From contig JBFWOQ010000006.1 of NCBI GenBank assembly GCA_050250395.1, forward strand, positions 7,231 through 71,230: a stretch of 64,000 nucleotides of DNA, written 5' to 3'. A program made the translations under genes and the position numbers. The DNA is from Porticoccaceae bacterium (GTDB lineage Bacteria > Pseudomonadota > Gammaproteobacteria > Pseudomonadales > Porticoccaceae). Below, piece by piece: positions 29,471 through 41,973 of the stretch. The notes beneath the pieces were generated by a model. The model did not search any database. It saw nothing but the letters and a program-made list of their open reading frames with translations, and had not been told where the DNA came from. Positions within the stretch are counted from its first letter, which is position 1, and each line of letters starts with the position of its first letter.

Positions 29471-30207
29471 TGCCAACCGCGCAACCCCCCGAAACCGTTC
29501 GCCGTCCGGACTTGCATCGACCTGGCTTTCGCCAGACAAACGCGCGCTACCCGGATCTTCCTCGTCTCGGTCGCCTGCTCATCGCGAGCGGCCTGCTGTG
29601 CGCCACCACCCTGGCTCCGGGTCTCGCGCGCGCGGACACTGCTTACATCGTCGATGAAATCGTGGTGTCTCTGCGGGAAACGCCCTGCAGCAGTTGCCGG
29701 ATCGTCCGTCCGGGAATGCGTTCCGGCCAGTCGGTGAAAGTACTGGAAACCGGCGATGGCTGGACCCGAGTCGAAACCGCCGAAGGCGTTGCCGGCTGGT
29801 TGGCGAGCCGTTATCTCAGCTCACAGCCCATCGCACGGGACCAGCTCGCCGCCCTGCACGAGGAAATCGAGCGCCTGGAGGCTGAAAACCTGAAACTCCG
29901 TCAAGGTACACCGGCGGCAACCGCGGAGGGCGCAACCGTGCCGGCAGCGCCTGCGAGCGAAGCCCCGATGACCGGCGATGCGGCCGACACCGACGAACTG
30001 CACGCGCAGAATCAGGCACTGCTGACGCGCAACAAGATGCTGCAATCCGAAATCGATGTACTGCACGCCACCAAGGAAGAACTGCAAAGCAACGATGTCC
30101 AACGCTGGTTCATCTTCGGCGGATTGCTGGTGGCGTTGGGTGCCTTGCTGGGTACGGTTCTGCCACTGCTCAAACCGAAACGACGGGGATATTCCGAATG
30201 GAACTGA
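29470..30207 (+). CDS. Bacterial SH3-domain protein (YgiM/TIGR04211-like) with a coiled coil and a C-terminal TM anchor
   Basis: It has a signal peptide, the SH3b segment GQSVKVLETGDGWTRVETAEGVAGWLASRYL, a coiled coil and a terminal TM segment. Confidence 0.8.
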   Translation: MPTAQPPETVRRPDLHRPGFRQTNARYPDLPRLGRLLIASGLLCATTLAPGLARADTAYIVDEIVVSLRETPCSSCRIVRPGMRSGQSVKVLETGDGWTRVETAEGVAGWLASRYLSSQPIARDQLAALHEEIERLEAENLKLRQGTPAATAEGATVPAAPASEAPMTGDAADTDELHAQNQALLTRNKMLQSEIDVLHATKEELQSNDVQRWFIFGGLLVALGALLGTVLPLLKPKRRGYSEWN

Positions 30208-30800
30208 AAACTTTTGTGCAAAAAAAGCTGTCGCTGAAAAATCTGGCGCTGATTCTGTTGGCCAGCCTCGGTCTGGCGGTCCCGGCGGCGCACTCCGCCC
30301 CAGCCGGCAATCCGGTGGTCGAGCTGAAGACCAGCGTCGGCGATCTGCGGGTGGAGCTGGATGCCGAGCGCGCCCCGGCGACGGTCGCGAACTTTCTGCA
30401 GTACGTCGACAGCGGCTTCTACGATGGTCTCCAGTTCCACCGCGTGATCGCCGGATTCGTGGCCCAGGGCGGTGGCTACGCCGCGGATGGCAGCGAGCGC
30501 CCGACCCGCGCAACCGTTCGGAACGAATCCGTCGGCGGTCTCGGCAATGCGCGCGGCACCATCGCCATGGCGCGCAAGCCCGATCCGGACAGCGCTTCCG
30601 CCCAGTTTTATTTCAATCTGAAGGATAACGACGCGCTCAACGCCAAGGGCGACCAGCCCGGTTACACGGTGTTCGGCCGCGTCGTTCGGGGCGAAGACGT
30701 GCTGGATCGCATCGGCGCCACCCCGACCGTCAACAACGGCGGCGCCTTTGCTCAGCAACCGCGCGAGCCCATCCTGATCATCCAGGCGAAGCGGATCTAA
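30198..30800 (+). CDS. ppiA: Periplasmic peptidyl-prolyl cis-trans isomerase (cyclophilin type)
   Basis: It has a signal peptide, then [29 protein letters not shown]...[22 protein letters not shown]. Confidence 0.9.
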   Translation: MELKTFVQKKLSLKNLALILLASLGLAVPAAHSAPAGNPVVELKTSVGDLRVELDAERAPATVANFLQYVDSGFYDGLQFHRVIAGFVAQGGGYAADGSERPTRATVRNESVGGLGNARGTIAMARKPDPDSASAQFYFNLKDNDALNAKGDQPGYTVFGRVVRGEDVLDRIGATPTVNNGGAFAQQPREPILIIQAKRI

Positions 30801-30807
30801 TCCGGCG

Positions 30808-31557
30808 GTGACGGCCCTCAGCGTCAACCTCAACAAGATCGCGTTATTGCGCAACTCCAGGCCCGGCAATTATCCCGATGTGGTGGCGCACGGGGTGGTT
30901 TGTCTGGCGGCGGGCGCGGCGGGGATCACCGTCCATCCGCGCCCCGACCAGCGCCATATTCGCCCGGACGACGTGCGCGCGCTGGCCGCGCTGGTGGCAA
31001 CTTACCCGGGGCGCGAACTCAACATCGAAGGCAACCCCTTGGCTCCCGCCTCCGGCGGTTATCCGGGACTCTTGGCCCTGGTGGCGGAAACCCGCCCGCA
31101 GCAATGCACACTGGTGCCGGACGGAGCGAGTCAGCTCACCTCCGACCACGGCTTCGATCTCGCGCGCGATGGCGCCGCACTGGCGCCGGTCATCGCGCAG
31201 CTCAAGGCCTGGGGGGTGCGTGTCAGTTTGTTCCTGGACCCGGATCCGGCGCAGATCGCGCGCGCCGCCGCCCTCGGCGCGGATCGCATCGAGCTCTACA
31301 CCGGCCCCTACGCTGCCGCTTGCCTGGAGGGCACGGGGAACACCGCGTTGGGGCCGTATCGGCGGACGGCGGCGGACGCCGCCGCGCTCGGGCTCGGCGT
31401 CAACGCGGGCCACGACCTCAATCTCGACAATCTGCCCGGCTTTGCCGCCGCGCTGCCCGAGCTGCTCGAAGTCTCCATCGGCCATGCCCTGATCGTGGAT
31501 GCGCTCGCCATGGGCCTCGCCCGCGCCGTAGCAGCCTACCTCCAGTGCCTGGATTGA
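30808..31557 (+). CDS. pdxJ: Pyridoxine 5'-phosphate synthase
   Basis: [15 protein letters not shown]...[13 protein letters not shown]...LNIEGNP...IELYTGPYA...VNAGHDLN matches PdxJ. The start codon is GTG. Confidence 0.92.
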   Translation: MTALSVNLNKIALLRNSRPGNYPDVVAHGVVCLAAGAAGITVHPRPDQRHIRPDDVRALAALVATYPGRELNIEGNPLAPASGGYPGLLALVAETRPQQCTLVPDGASQLTSDHGFDLARDGAALAPVIAQLKAWGVRVSLFLDPDPAQIARAAALGADRIELYTGPYAAACLEGTGNTALGPYRRTAADAAALGLGVNAGHDLNLDNLPGFAAALPELLEVSIGHALIVDALAMGLARAVAAYLQCLD

Positions 31558-31568
31558 GCAGGCGCCCC

Positions 31569-32336
31569 GTGGATTACCGCGAAAAGAAGCAGTTCTACGC
31601 CAGATTCATTACCGTCTACGGACGCAACCCGGTCCTCGAAGTGCTGCGCGATCCGCACCTGAGCGTGCATCGCCTGCATCTGGCCACCAGTAATCGCCCG
31701 GACGGCACGATCGCCGAACTGCTCGTACTGGCGCAGCAACGGGGCATCGAAGTCCGCCACCACAGCCGCGAAGCGCTGGCGCGGATCTCGAAGAACGGCC
31801 GCCAGGATCAGGGCGTCGCCGCCGATATCGCCTGCCCCCGGCACGCCGACTACCGCGATCTGCCGCTGTCGGGCACGCGACCACTGCAACTCCTCGCTCT
31901 GGATCGCGTCACCAATCCCCAGAACCTGGGCATGATCGTGCGCACCGTCTGTGCAAGCCCCCTGGACGGTCTACTGCTGCCGCGCCAGGGCTGCGCGGCC
32001 CTGTCGCCGCTGGTCGTCAAGGCCAGCGCCGGGACCCTGTTTCGCTGTCCCTTGTGGCGCTGCGAACGCCTGCCCGATGCCCTCGCCGAGCTCGCGGCCG
32101 GGGGCGTCGAGATCGTCGTACTGGCCGCCGATGCTCCCGTGGCGCTCGGGGCTTACCGACCCCGGGGCGCGGTGGTCTATGTGCTCGGCAACGAGACCGA
32201 GGGCGTATCCGCGGCGGTATCGGCGCTCGCCAAGTGCCGGGTGCGCATTCCCATGGCCAATGGCGTGGAATCGCTCAATGTCGCGGTCACGGCGGCGCTG
32301 ATCGCCTTCCGGAGTCAGCTCGCCACACCGGAGTAA
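31569..32336 (+). CDS. TrmH/SpoU-family RNA 2'-O-methyltransferase
   Basis: It has the SpoU motifs LDRVTNPQNLGMIVRT, YVLGNETEGVS, and IPMANGVESLNVAVTAALIAF. There is no in-frame ATG. A GTG at 31569 or a TTG at 31554 are the candidate starts. The 478-aa ORF-track version reads through pdxJ out of frame. Confidence 0.8.
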   Translation: MDYREKKQFYARFITVYGRNPVLEVLRDPHLSVHRLHLATSNRPDGTIAELLVLAQQRGIEVRHHSREALARISKNGRQDQGVAADIACPRHADYRDLPLSGTRPLQLLALDRVTNPQNLGMIVRTVCASPLDGLLLPRQGCAALSPLVVKASAGTLFRCPLWRCERLPDALAELAAGGVEIVVLAADAPVALGAYRPRGAVVYVLGNETEGVSAAVSALAKCRVRIPMANGVESLNVAVTAALIAFRSQLATPE

Positions 32337-33507
32337 AGGTCGCCAGCACGGACGCGACCAGGGTGCAGCCGCCCAGCGCGGCCAGTGCCGGCAGCACGCC
32401 GAACCCGGCGACCATCTGCCCCGTCAGCCAGGCGCCCAGGGGCGCGGTGCCGAAGAACGCCAGCTGATAGATGGATACCACGCGGGAGCGGTAGGAATCC
32501 GGCGCCTGGGTATGGGTGAGCACCCGACCCAGGGTGATGGCCATGCCCGAAAACATGCCCCAGACCACGACGCCCGGAAACAGCGCCCACAGGGGCAAAT
32601 GGAATGCCAGCACCGCCAGCACGATGCCCCGCCCAAACAGACTCACTATCAGCGCCCGACCCGGCCGGCCCAGGGATGAGCCGCGGCGCATGAAGAGCAG
32701 GTTCGCGCTCAACACACCGAGCGTGAAACACAATTGCACCAGGGAGAACAGTCCGGCACCGCCGTGGTAGATCTCGCGGATCATCAAGGGTACCGCTACC
32801 AGATAGGCGCCGAAACCGAAAAAGCCGGTGATGCTGACCACCGCCATCAGCGCGCGTAGCCCTGGCAGCCGCCAGACCGTGGCGAAACCGGAAACCACGC
32901 CCAGGGGCTCCCGGCGCCGTCCCGTCTGCAAACCTTCATGCGCCGGCTGCGCGCGACGGAACAGGCTGCCGGCGATCACGAACATCGCCATCTGCATCAG
33001 CAACAGCAGCGGCAAGCCGATACGGTCGAACTGCCCGGCGGCGACGATACCCAGGCTCTGGGCCGCGAACTGCACGAAAGTGGATTGCGCCACGGACTGC
33101 TGGATATTGCCGGCATAAACCTGCGGCAACAGCGCCTCCCGGGCCGGCTGCACGAAGGCGGTGATGGTGCCGTAGCACACACCGAACAGCATCAGCAGCG
33201 GATAATCGAGCCGCGCGGTCAGCGCGGCCCAGAGCAGCACGCCGCAGGGCAGCACATAGAGCAAGAACAGGCGCCGCACATGGGTCCCGAGATGGCGGTT
33301 GTCGGAAATGGCACCACCCAGCAGAATCAGCAGCAGGCTCGGCACCAGGACCGCGGTCTGCGCCAGCCCGACCCGGGCGGGCGTTTCGTGCAGCACCCCG
33401 ACCAGGATCCAGGGAAACAGCACAACCTGTAGCCCCATCGCGACGGCGCCCGTGCCGACGCCACCGAGATACCAGTGAAAGCGTCCGGGACGCACGGGAT
33501 CAAGCAC
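32287..33507 (-). CDS. MFS transporter, 406 aa
   Basis: The profile suggests about 12 hydrophobic segments. The 3' end overlaps the convergent trmH-family gene by about 50 nt. Confidence 0.8.
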   Translation of the reverse strand: MLDPVRPGRFHWYLGGVGTGAVAMGLQVVLFPWILVGVLHETPARVGLAQTAVLVPSLLLILLGGAISDNRHLGTHVRRLFLLYVLPCGVLLWAALTARLDYPLLMLFGVCYGTITAFVQPAREALLPQVYAGNIQQSVAQSTFVQFAAQSLGIVAAGQFDRIGLPLLLLMQMAMFVIAGSLFRRAQPAHEGLQTGRRREPLGVVSGFATVWRLPGLRALMAVVSITGFFGFGAYLVAVPLMIREIYHGGAGLFSLVQLCFTLGVLSANLLFMRRGSSLGRPGRALIVSLFGRGIVLAVLAFHLPLWALFPGVVVWGMFSGMAITLGRVLTHTQAPDSYRSRVVSIYQLAFFGTAPLGAWLTGQMVAGFGVLPALAALGGCTLVASVLATFTPVWRADSGRRSAPP

Positions 33508-33570
33508 CGCGATTACCCTGCGCGTTCAGGCCTAGCGACGCGCACGCCGGCACAAACCGACCGGGCCGGC

Positions 33571-34008
33571 TCAGGACTCGTGACTCCACTCGCAGCGCAT
33601 GCGCGGCGCGGCGCCACCCGGGCGATGACAGTCGCCGGTGCTTTCCCAGTGAAAGGAATGCGTACCGGCAAGCTCGGTTTCAAGGTGCACCGTCGCCGAT
33701 ACCCAGTACATGCGCGCGAGCACGGTCTCGAATTCCCGCAGCCACAGCTCCCACTCGTATTCGATGCCTTGATAGGCGGCGCCGAAATGCACGACCTCGG
33801 TGTGCGGGCCATTGAGCAGCAGCGAACGCGCGGGGCAACCGAACATCTCCCGGGAGATCAACGGCCAGGTGTCGACCGGCGGCAATTCTTCGATCACGCC
33901 GCGATTGGTCCGCAGCCGCTCCTCCGCCTCGCGACTCGGGACGCAATCCTTGATGCAACCGTACACCACTGTTTCACCGTCCAAGCCCGCTCTCCAATCT
34001 GTTTTCAT
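33571..34008 (-). CDS. Hypothetical protein, 145 aa
   Basis: The ORF has an ATG at 34008 (MKTDW...) and high third-position GC. I recognise no family. Confidence 0.5.
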   Translation of the reverse strand: MKTDWRAGLDGETVVYGCIKDCVPSREAEERLRTNRGVIEELPPVDTWPLISREMFGCPARSLLLNGPHTEVVHFGAAYQGIEYEWELWLREFETVLARMYWVSATVHLETELAGTHSFHWESTGDCHRPGGAAPRMRCEWSHES

Positions 34009-34070
34009 GCCTGTCCTGTCGCTTCCCCATCGATCCGGCCGATCGCTCCCGGCGCGCCAGATGCGTCCGG

Positions 34071-37180
<3,110 letters not shown>

Positions 37181-37228
37181 CGTTACCCTACCTCGTTCTG
37201 GTTGATCGGTGAGTTTCAGTCGACGGTC

Positions 37229-40200
37229 TTACCCGGCTTCGGCCAGACGGACAGCCTCATCGACATCCACCGCCACCAGCCGCGACACACCGGGCTCGTG
37301 CATGGTAACACCGAGCAACTGACCCGCGATTTCCATGCTGATTTTGTTATGGGTTATGTAAATGAACTGCACTTTTTCCGACATCTCCCGCACCAGCCGG
37401 GCATAGCGATCGGCATTGATATCGTCCAGCGGCGCATCCACCTCGTCGAGCATGCAGAACGGTGCCGGATTGAGCTGAAAGATCGAGAACACCAACGCAA
37501 TGGCTGTCAATGCCTTCTCGCCGCCCGAGAGCAGATGAATGGTGGCATTCCGCTTGCCGGGCGGCTGCGCCATGATGGTCACACCGGTATCCAGCAGATC
37601 GTCGCCCGTCAACTCCAGACCCGCCTGACCGCCCCCAAAGAGCTTGGGGAACAGCTCCTGGAGGGAGCTGTTGATCTTGTCGAAGGTCTCCCGAAAGCGC
37701 GCGCGCGTTTCGCGATCGATCTTGCGGATGGCGGTCTCCAGGGTTTCCAGGGCGTCCCGCAACTCGGCGTCCTGGGTGTCGAGATACACCTTGCGCTCCG
37801 ATTGTTGCCGAAACTCGTCGACCGCCGCGAGATTGATCGGCCCCAGCCGCTGGATACGGCGATCCAGCGCGTCGAGCTGCTCCTGCCAATTGGGCGCCGC
37901 GGCCATATCCGGCAGATCGGCCAGCAGCGCTTCGACCCCGAAGCCCTGCCTCTGAAGCTGCTCCGCGATGCCGTCGGCGCGGGTGCGAACCTCGCGTGCC
38001 GTCAGCCGCAACTGTTCCAGCCGCTCGCGCTGTTCCTGTACCTGGCGCTCGGCGGTCACCCGCCGCGCTTCCTCGGCGCGCAGGGCGCTGTCGAGACGCT
38101 CAACTGACGACCGCGCCGTAGCGAGCGCAGTTTCCGCCGCCAGTCGCGCCGCGAGCTTGTCCTGGAGTTGCTGTTGCAGAAACGCGATCGGATGTTCGCT
38201 GCTCGTGAGTTCGCGCGCCAACCCATCGCGACGCTCGGTCAGCCGCTCCACTTGCGCACGAATGCGCTCGAGTCCCTCGCGCACCGATCCGAGCTGGGCG
38301 CTCAGCGAACGCTCGCGCAAATCGAGTTGATGCAGGGCATCGCGGCAGCGTTGCGCCACCCCGCGCGCGCCTGCCACCGCGTCGCGACGGCTATCCCGCT
38401 CCACGGCAATCGCCTCGAGCGCGCTGCTCGCCGTCTGCATCTGGTCGAGCAACATCTGGAGATCGCGGCGGGCATCGCCGACTTCGGCGACTTCCCGCGC
38501 CAACAGTGTGTCCGCTTCGTCAATCTCGCGCAGCACGCGTTGGTTGCGCTCGTCGAGCTGCTTGCGGCGCGCCTGGTCGGCGCTGTGTTTGGCGCGCACG
38601 TCGGCGTAGTCACGCTGGGTGCGCGCCAGCGCGTGTTCGGCGGCGCCGCGCTGCGCTTCCAGATCGCGCATCGCCGCCTCGGCCTCGGCATGCTGCACGG
38701 TCGCGGCACCAATGCGGGCCTCGGCGGCAACCATTTGCTGTTCCACCGCCGCCAGCTCACGCTTGCGAATCAGGACACCGCCGGCGAGATCGTCGCCCCG
38801 GGTCAGGCGCAACCAGTTGGCACCGAACCATAGGCCGTCACGCGAGATTATCGATTCGCCGGCGCGCAGACCGTCGCGCAGTGCCCAGCCGGACTCGAAA
38901 TCGTCCGCGGCATAGATATTGGCCAACAGCGGCTCCGCCAGTTGCCGGGCGTCCCGCAATTTGTCGGCCAGAGGGGGCAGGCTGCCGGCGGGCGCGGGCG
39001 CCCGGACTCGGCCAGGCTCCAGCAGCGCCAATTGGCCGCGCGCGAAGCTGGCAAATTCACTGCGCAATGGCTCGATGGCGTCGGCGCACAAGGCCTGCAG
39101 ATCCGCACCGAGCGCGGTCTCGACGGCCAACTCCCAACCCGGCTCCACGTCGAGGCCGTCGGCAAGTCGCGGTGATTTCTCGATGCCGCGCGCGCGCAGC
39201 CAGGCGGCCGCGCCCTCGCCGGTCGTGCGCGCGGCATCCAGCAAGGTGACAAGTCCCGCGCGCCGGCCTTGCAACTCCTGGAGATCCTTGCGTTCGGCAT
39301 CGAGCGTCGCGCCTATGGCCACCTGTTGCACACGCATCGCGGCAATCGCGGTCGAGACTTGGGCGAGTCGCTCCTGCCCAGCCACGCTGGCCGCTTCCTG
39401 CTCGGCGAGGCGTTCCGCCAGGGCCTCGAGATCGGCTCCCGGCCGTGCTGCATCCACCTCGGTCAGTTCGGCGCGCAGCCGCCGCAAACGATCCGACGTC
39501 CGGGTGATGGCGCTGTCGAGGTGCTGGACGCGCGCCTGTGACTTGTCCATGCGCCGTTGGACATCGGCACTGTCGCGCTGCCCGGCTTCCCAGCGCTGCT
39601 GAACGTCGTGCAACAGCCGCTCGTTTTCCTGGAGTTCAACCGCCGCGGCCGCCGATTGCTGTTGGGCGGCGACGCGCGCGGGTATCACCTCGGCCAACTC
39701 GGCGGACCAGGCCGTGTGACGCAGGACATCCTTGTCCAGATGTTCGCGGGACTCGGCCAGATTCCGTTCGACCTGCTCCAGATCGGCGCGCAGACGGCGG
39801 ATCTGTTCCCTGCCGTGCTGGATTTTCTGCTCCACCGCGGAGACTTCGGCCCCGATGGCGTAGAACTGCTGCTGGGCGCCGTTGAGTGCGTCGCTCGCGC
39901 CAACATGGTCGGCACGCAGACGTTCCATGGCCGCCTCGGCTCCATGACGTTCGGCAATCAGGGCTTCCAGAGCAGTCGCCTGCTCCGCAATCACGCTTTC
40001 GTGGCGGCGCGCCTCGGCGTCGTAATCCCGCCAGTTGAGCGCGAGATGCTGGGCATTGAGCTGGCGCTCCTCGGCCTTGAGCACCCGGTACTTTTCGGCC
40101 GCGGCGGCCTGGCGCTCCAGGCGATCGAGCTGGCGCCCCATTTCGTCGCGGACATCGGTAAGGCGCTCGAGGTTCTCGCGTGTGCTGCGGATGCGGGTCT

Positions 40201-40741
40201 CGGTGTCCTTGCGCCGTTCCTTGTATTTCGAGATCCCCGCCGCTTCCTCGATGTAAATCCGTAGATCTTCCGGACGCGCCTCGATCAGGCCCGAGATCAT
40301 GCCCTGCTCTATGATGGCGTAGCTGCGCGGGCCCAGCCCGGTACCGAGAAATACGTCGGTAACGTCACGGCGGCGACACCGGCTGCCGTTGAGAAAATAG
40401 GCGGACTGCCCGTCCCGGGAGACACGCCGCTTGACGGAAATTTCCGCGTAGGCGGCGTATTCACCGCCGAGCTTGCCGGCACTATTGTCGAAAATGAGCT
40501 CGATGGTAGCCTGTGCGACGGGTTTGCGGGTGCCCGAGCCACTGAAGATGACGTCGGCCATCGACTCGCCACGCAAGTGCTTGGCGGAGATTTCCCCCAT
40601 CACCCAGCGCACCGCGTCGATGATGTTGGATTTGCCGCAGCCGTTCGGACCCACAACGGCACAGAGATTGCCGGGCAAATTGACCGTGGTGGGATCGACG
40701 AAGGATTTGAAGCCCGCCAGTTTGATACACTTCAGACGCAT
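37229..40741 (-). CDS. smc: Chromosome segregation protein SMC, 1170 aa
   Basis: MRLKCIKLAGFKSF...VVGPNGCGKSNIIDA, long coiled coils, a hinge, and the C-terminal LSGGEKALTAIALVFSIFQLNPAPFCMLDEVDAPLD. Confidence 0.97.
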   Translation of the reverse strand: MRLKCIKLAGFKSFVDPTTVNLPGNLCAVVGPNGCGKSNIIDAVRWVMGEISAKHLRGESMADVIFSGSGTRKPVAQATIELIFDNSAGKLGGEYAAYAEISVKRRVSRDGQSAYFLNGSRCRRRDVTDVFLGTGLGPRSYAIIEQGMISGLIEARPEDLRIYIEEAAGISKYKERRKDTETRIRSTRENLERLTDVRDEMGRQLDRLERQAAAAEKYRVLKAEERQLNAQHLALNWRDYDAEARRHESVIAEQATALEALIAERHGAEAAMERLRADHVGASDALNGAQQQFYAIGAEVSAVEQKIQHGREQIRRLRADLEQVERNLAESREHLDKDVLRHTAWSAELAEVIPARVAAQQQSAAAAVELQENERLLHDVQQRWEAGQRDSADVQRRMDKSQARVQHLDSAITRTSDRLRRLRAELTEVDAARPGADLEALAERLAEQEAASVAGQERLAQVSTAIAAMRVQQVAIGATLDAERKDLQELQGRRAGLVTLLDAARTTGEGAAAWLRARGIEKSPRLADGLDVEPGWELAVETALGADLQALCADAIEPLRSEFASFARGQLALLEPGRVRAPAPAGSLPPLADKLRDARQLAEPLLANIYAADDFESGWALRDGLRAGESIISRDGLWFGANWLRLTRGDDLAGGVLIRKRELAAVEQQMVAAEARIGAATVQHAEAEAAMRDLEAQRGAAEHALARTQRDYADVRAKHSADQARRKQLDERNQRVLREIDEADTLLAREVAEVGDARRDLQMLLDQMQTASSALEAIAVERDSRRDAVAGARGVAQRCRDALHQLDLRERSLSAQLGSVREGLERIRAQVERLTERRDGLARELTSSEHPIAFLQQQLQDKLAARLAAETALATARSSVERLDSALRAEEARRVTAERQVQEQRERLEQLRLTAREVRTRADGIAEQLQRQGFGVEALLADLPDMAAAPNWQEQLDALDRRIQRLGPINLAAVDEFRQQSERKVYLDTQDAELRDALETLETAIRKIDRETRARFRETFDKINSSLQELFPKLFGGGQAGLELTGDDLLDTGVTIMAQPPGKRNATIHLLSGGEKALTAIALVFSIFQLNPAPFCMLDEVDAPLDDINADRYARLVREMSEKVQFIYITHNKISMEIAGQLLGVTMHEPGVSRLVAVDVDEAVRLAEAG

Positions 40742-40868
40742 CGAGGATTGGTGACCCTGGGTTCACACCAGCCCCGGCGGGGCCTTGCGCCATGGATTTT
40801 ACACCCTGTATCGCCTCCGACAAGGTTTTACCCGCGGGCTCCGAGCGCCTCTTCCCACCAGCGATCAC

Positions 40869-41333
40869 ATGCTGAATATTGTTCTCATCGAGCCGGAAAT
40901 TCCGCCGAACACTGGCAATATCATCCGCCTGTGTGCCAATACGGGATTTTTGCTCCACCTGGTCGAGCCGCTGGGTTTCGCGCTCGATGACAAACGTATG
41001 CGGCGGGCCGGACTCGACTACCACGAGTGGCAGCCGTTGCGGGTCCACTCCGACTGGGCGAGCTGCCTTGCCGCGCTCGGCGCCGGTCGTCTGTTCGCCT
41101 TCTCGACCCGGGCGGAGCGCCGCCATACCGAGATCGCGTACCAAGTCGGCGACAGCCTGCTGTTCGGCGCCGAAACCCATGGGCTCAACGCAGAGGTCCT
41201 CGCCGCGGTCGCCCCCGAACATCGCCTGCGCATTCCGATGCGCCCGCATAGCCGCAGCATGAATCTCGCCAATGCGGTGGCAGTCGCCAGCCATGAAGCC
41301 TGGCGCCAACTGGGCTTCGCCGGTGCCCGCTGA
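40869..41333 (+). CDS. trmL: tRNA (cytidine/uridine(34)-2'-O)-methyltransferase TrmL
   Basis: MLNIVLIEPEIPPNTGNIIRLCANTGF...LLFGAETHGL...SMNLANAVAV matches TrmL. Confidence 0.9.
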   Translation: MLNIVLIEPEIPPNTGNIIRLCANTGFLLHLVEPLGFALDDKRMRRAGLDYHEWQPLRVHSDWASCLAALGAGRLFAFSTRAERRHTEIAYQVGDSLLFGAETHGLNAEVLAAVAPEHRLRIPMRPHSRSMNLANAVAVASHEAWRQLGFAGAR

Positions 41334-41868
41334 CATTTCAGTCCCCGTCGCGGGCCTCTTTTACGGCTCTTCGACCTGCTATACCCGGATGGCGGCGGAG
41401 CAGATAGCCGCCGCCCTTCCCGATTTTCGCGTCGAGATCCACGACATCGCCTGCACCCCCCTGCGCATCGCGAACCGGTATCGCTTCGTCATCCTGGGCA
41501 TCCCGACCTGGGACTATGGCGAGTTGCAGGAGGATTGGGAACGGGCCTGGCCAGACCTGACGGCAGTGGATTGGTGCGGCAAGGTCGTGGCACTGTACGG
41601 GCTGGGCGATCAGGAAGGCTATCCGGAGTGGTTTCAGGATGCCTTGGGTTATCTCTGGAAAAGAATTACCCAGCTCGGCGCGACGACGATCGGATTGTGG
41701 CCGGCCGCCGGCTACCGATTTACGCATTCGGTGGGACTGACGTCCGACGGCCAACATTTTCTTGGGCTGGCACTGGACGAGGCCAGCGAATTCGAACGCT
41801 CTGAGGCCCGCATCCGAGCTTGGTGCAGGCAGATCGCGGAGGAGTTCGCAGCGCGCGACGGGATGTAG
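41323..41868 (+). CDS. Long-chain flavodoxin (FldA/FldB-like)
   Basis: GLFYGSSTCYT...LGIPTWDYGELQEDWE...VALYGLGDQEGYPEWF...GLALDE matches flavodoxin. The start is uncertain: GTG at 41323, or ATG at 41293 or 41272. Confidence 0.8.
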   Translation: MPADISVPVAGLFYGSSTCYTRMAAEQIAAALPDFRVEIHDIACTPLRIANRYRFVILGIPTWDYGELQEDWERAWPDLTAVDWCGKVVALYGLGDQEGYPEWFQDALGYLWKRITQLGATTIGLWPAAGYRFTHSVGLTSDGQHFLGLALDEASEFERSEARIRAWCRQIAEEFAARDGM

Positions 41869-41973
41869 ACCCGGCTTGCCTGCGACGCTCATGCCCGGCA
41901 CAAACGTCAGATCACCCTCGACCCCTTCATTGACCGATGCACCCATGGTTCGGGTCAAAACGACGCGCGATCT

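Noticed and set aside
30900-32336. A 478-aa ORF spanning pdxJ and the trmH-family gene.
   Set aside because: The first roughly 220 codons are an out-of-frame read through pdxJ and are R/A/G-rich. Only the part from about 31554/31569 onward has SpoU methyltransferase motifs.
32287-32336. The 50-nt convergent overlap of the trmH-family and MFS genes as a possible regulatory antisense arrangement.
   Set aside because: The overlap depends on the exact stop and start calls and is common in compact GC-rich genomes. Nothing further supports a function.
41869-41973. A bidirectional terminator between the flavodoxin and GGDEF-EAL genes.
   Set aside because: Only weak, short complementary segments are present, with no U-tract. 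This is not convincing.
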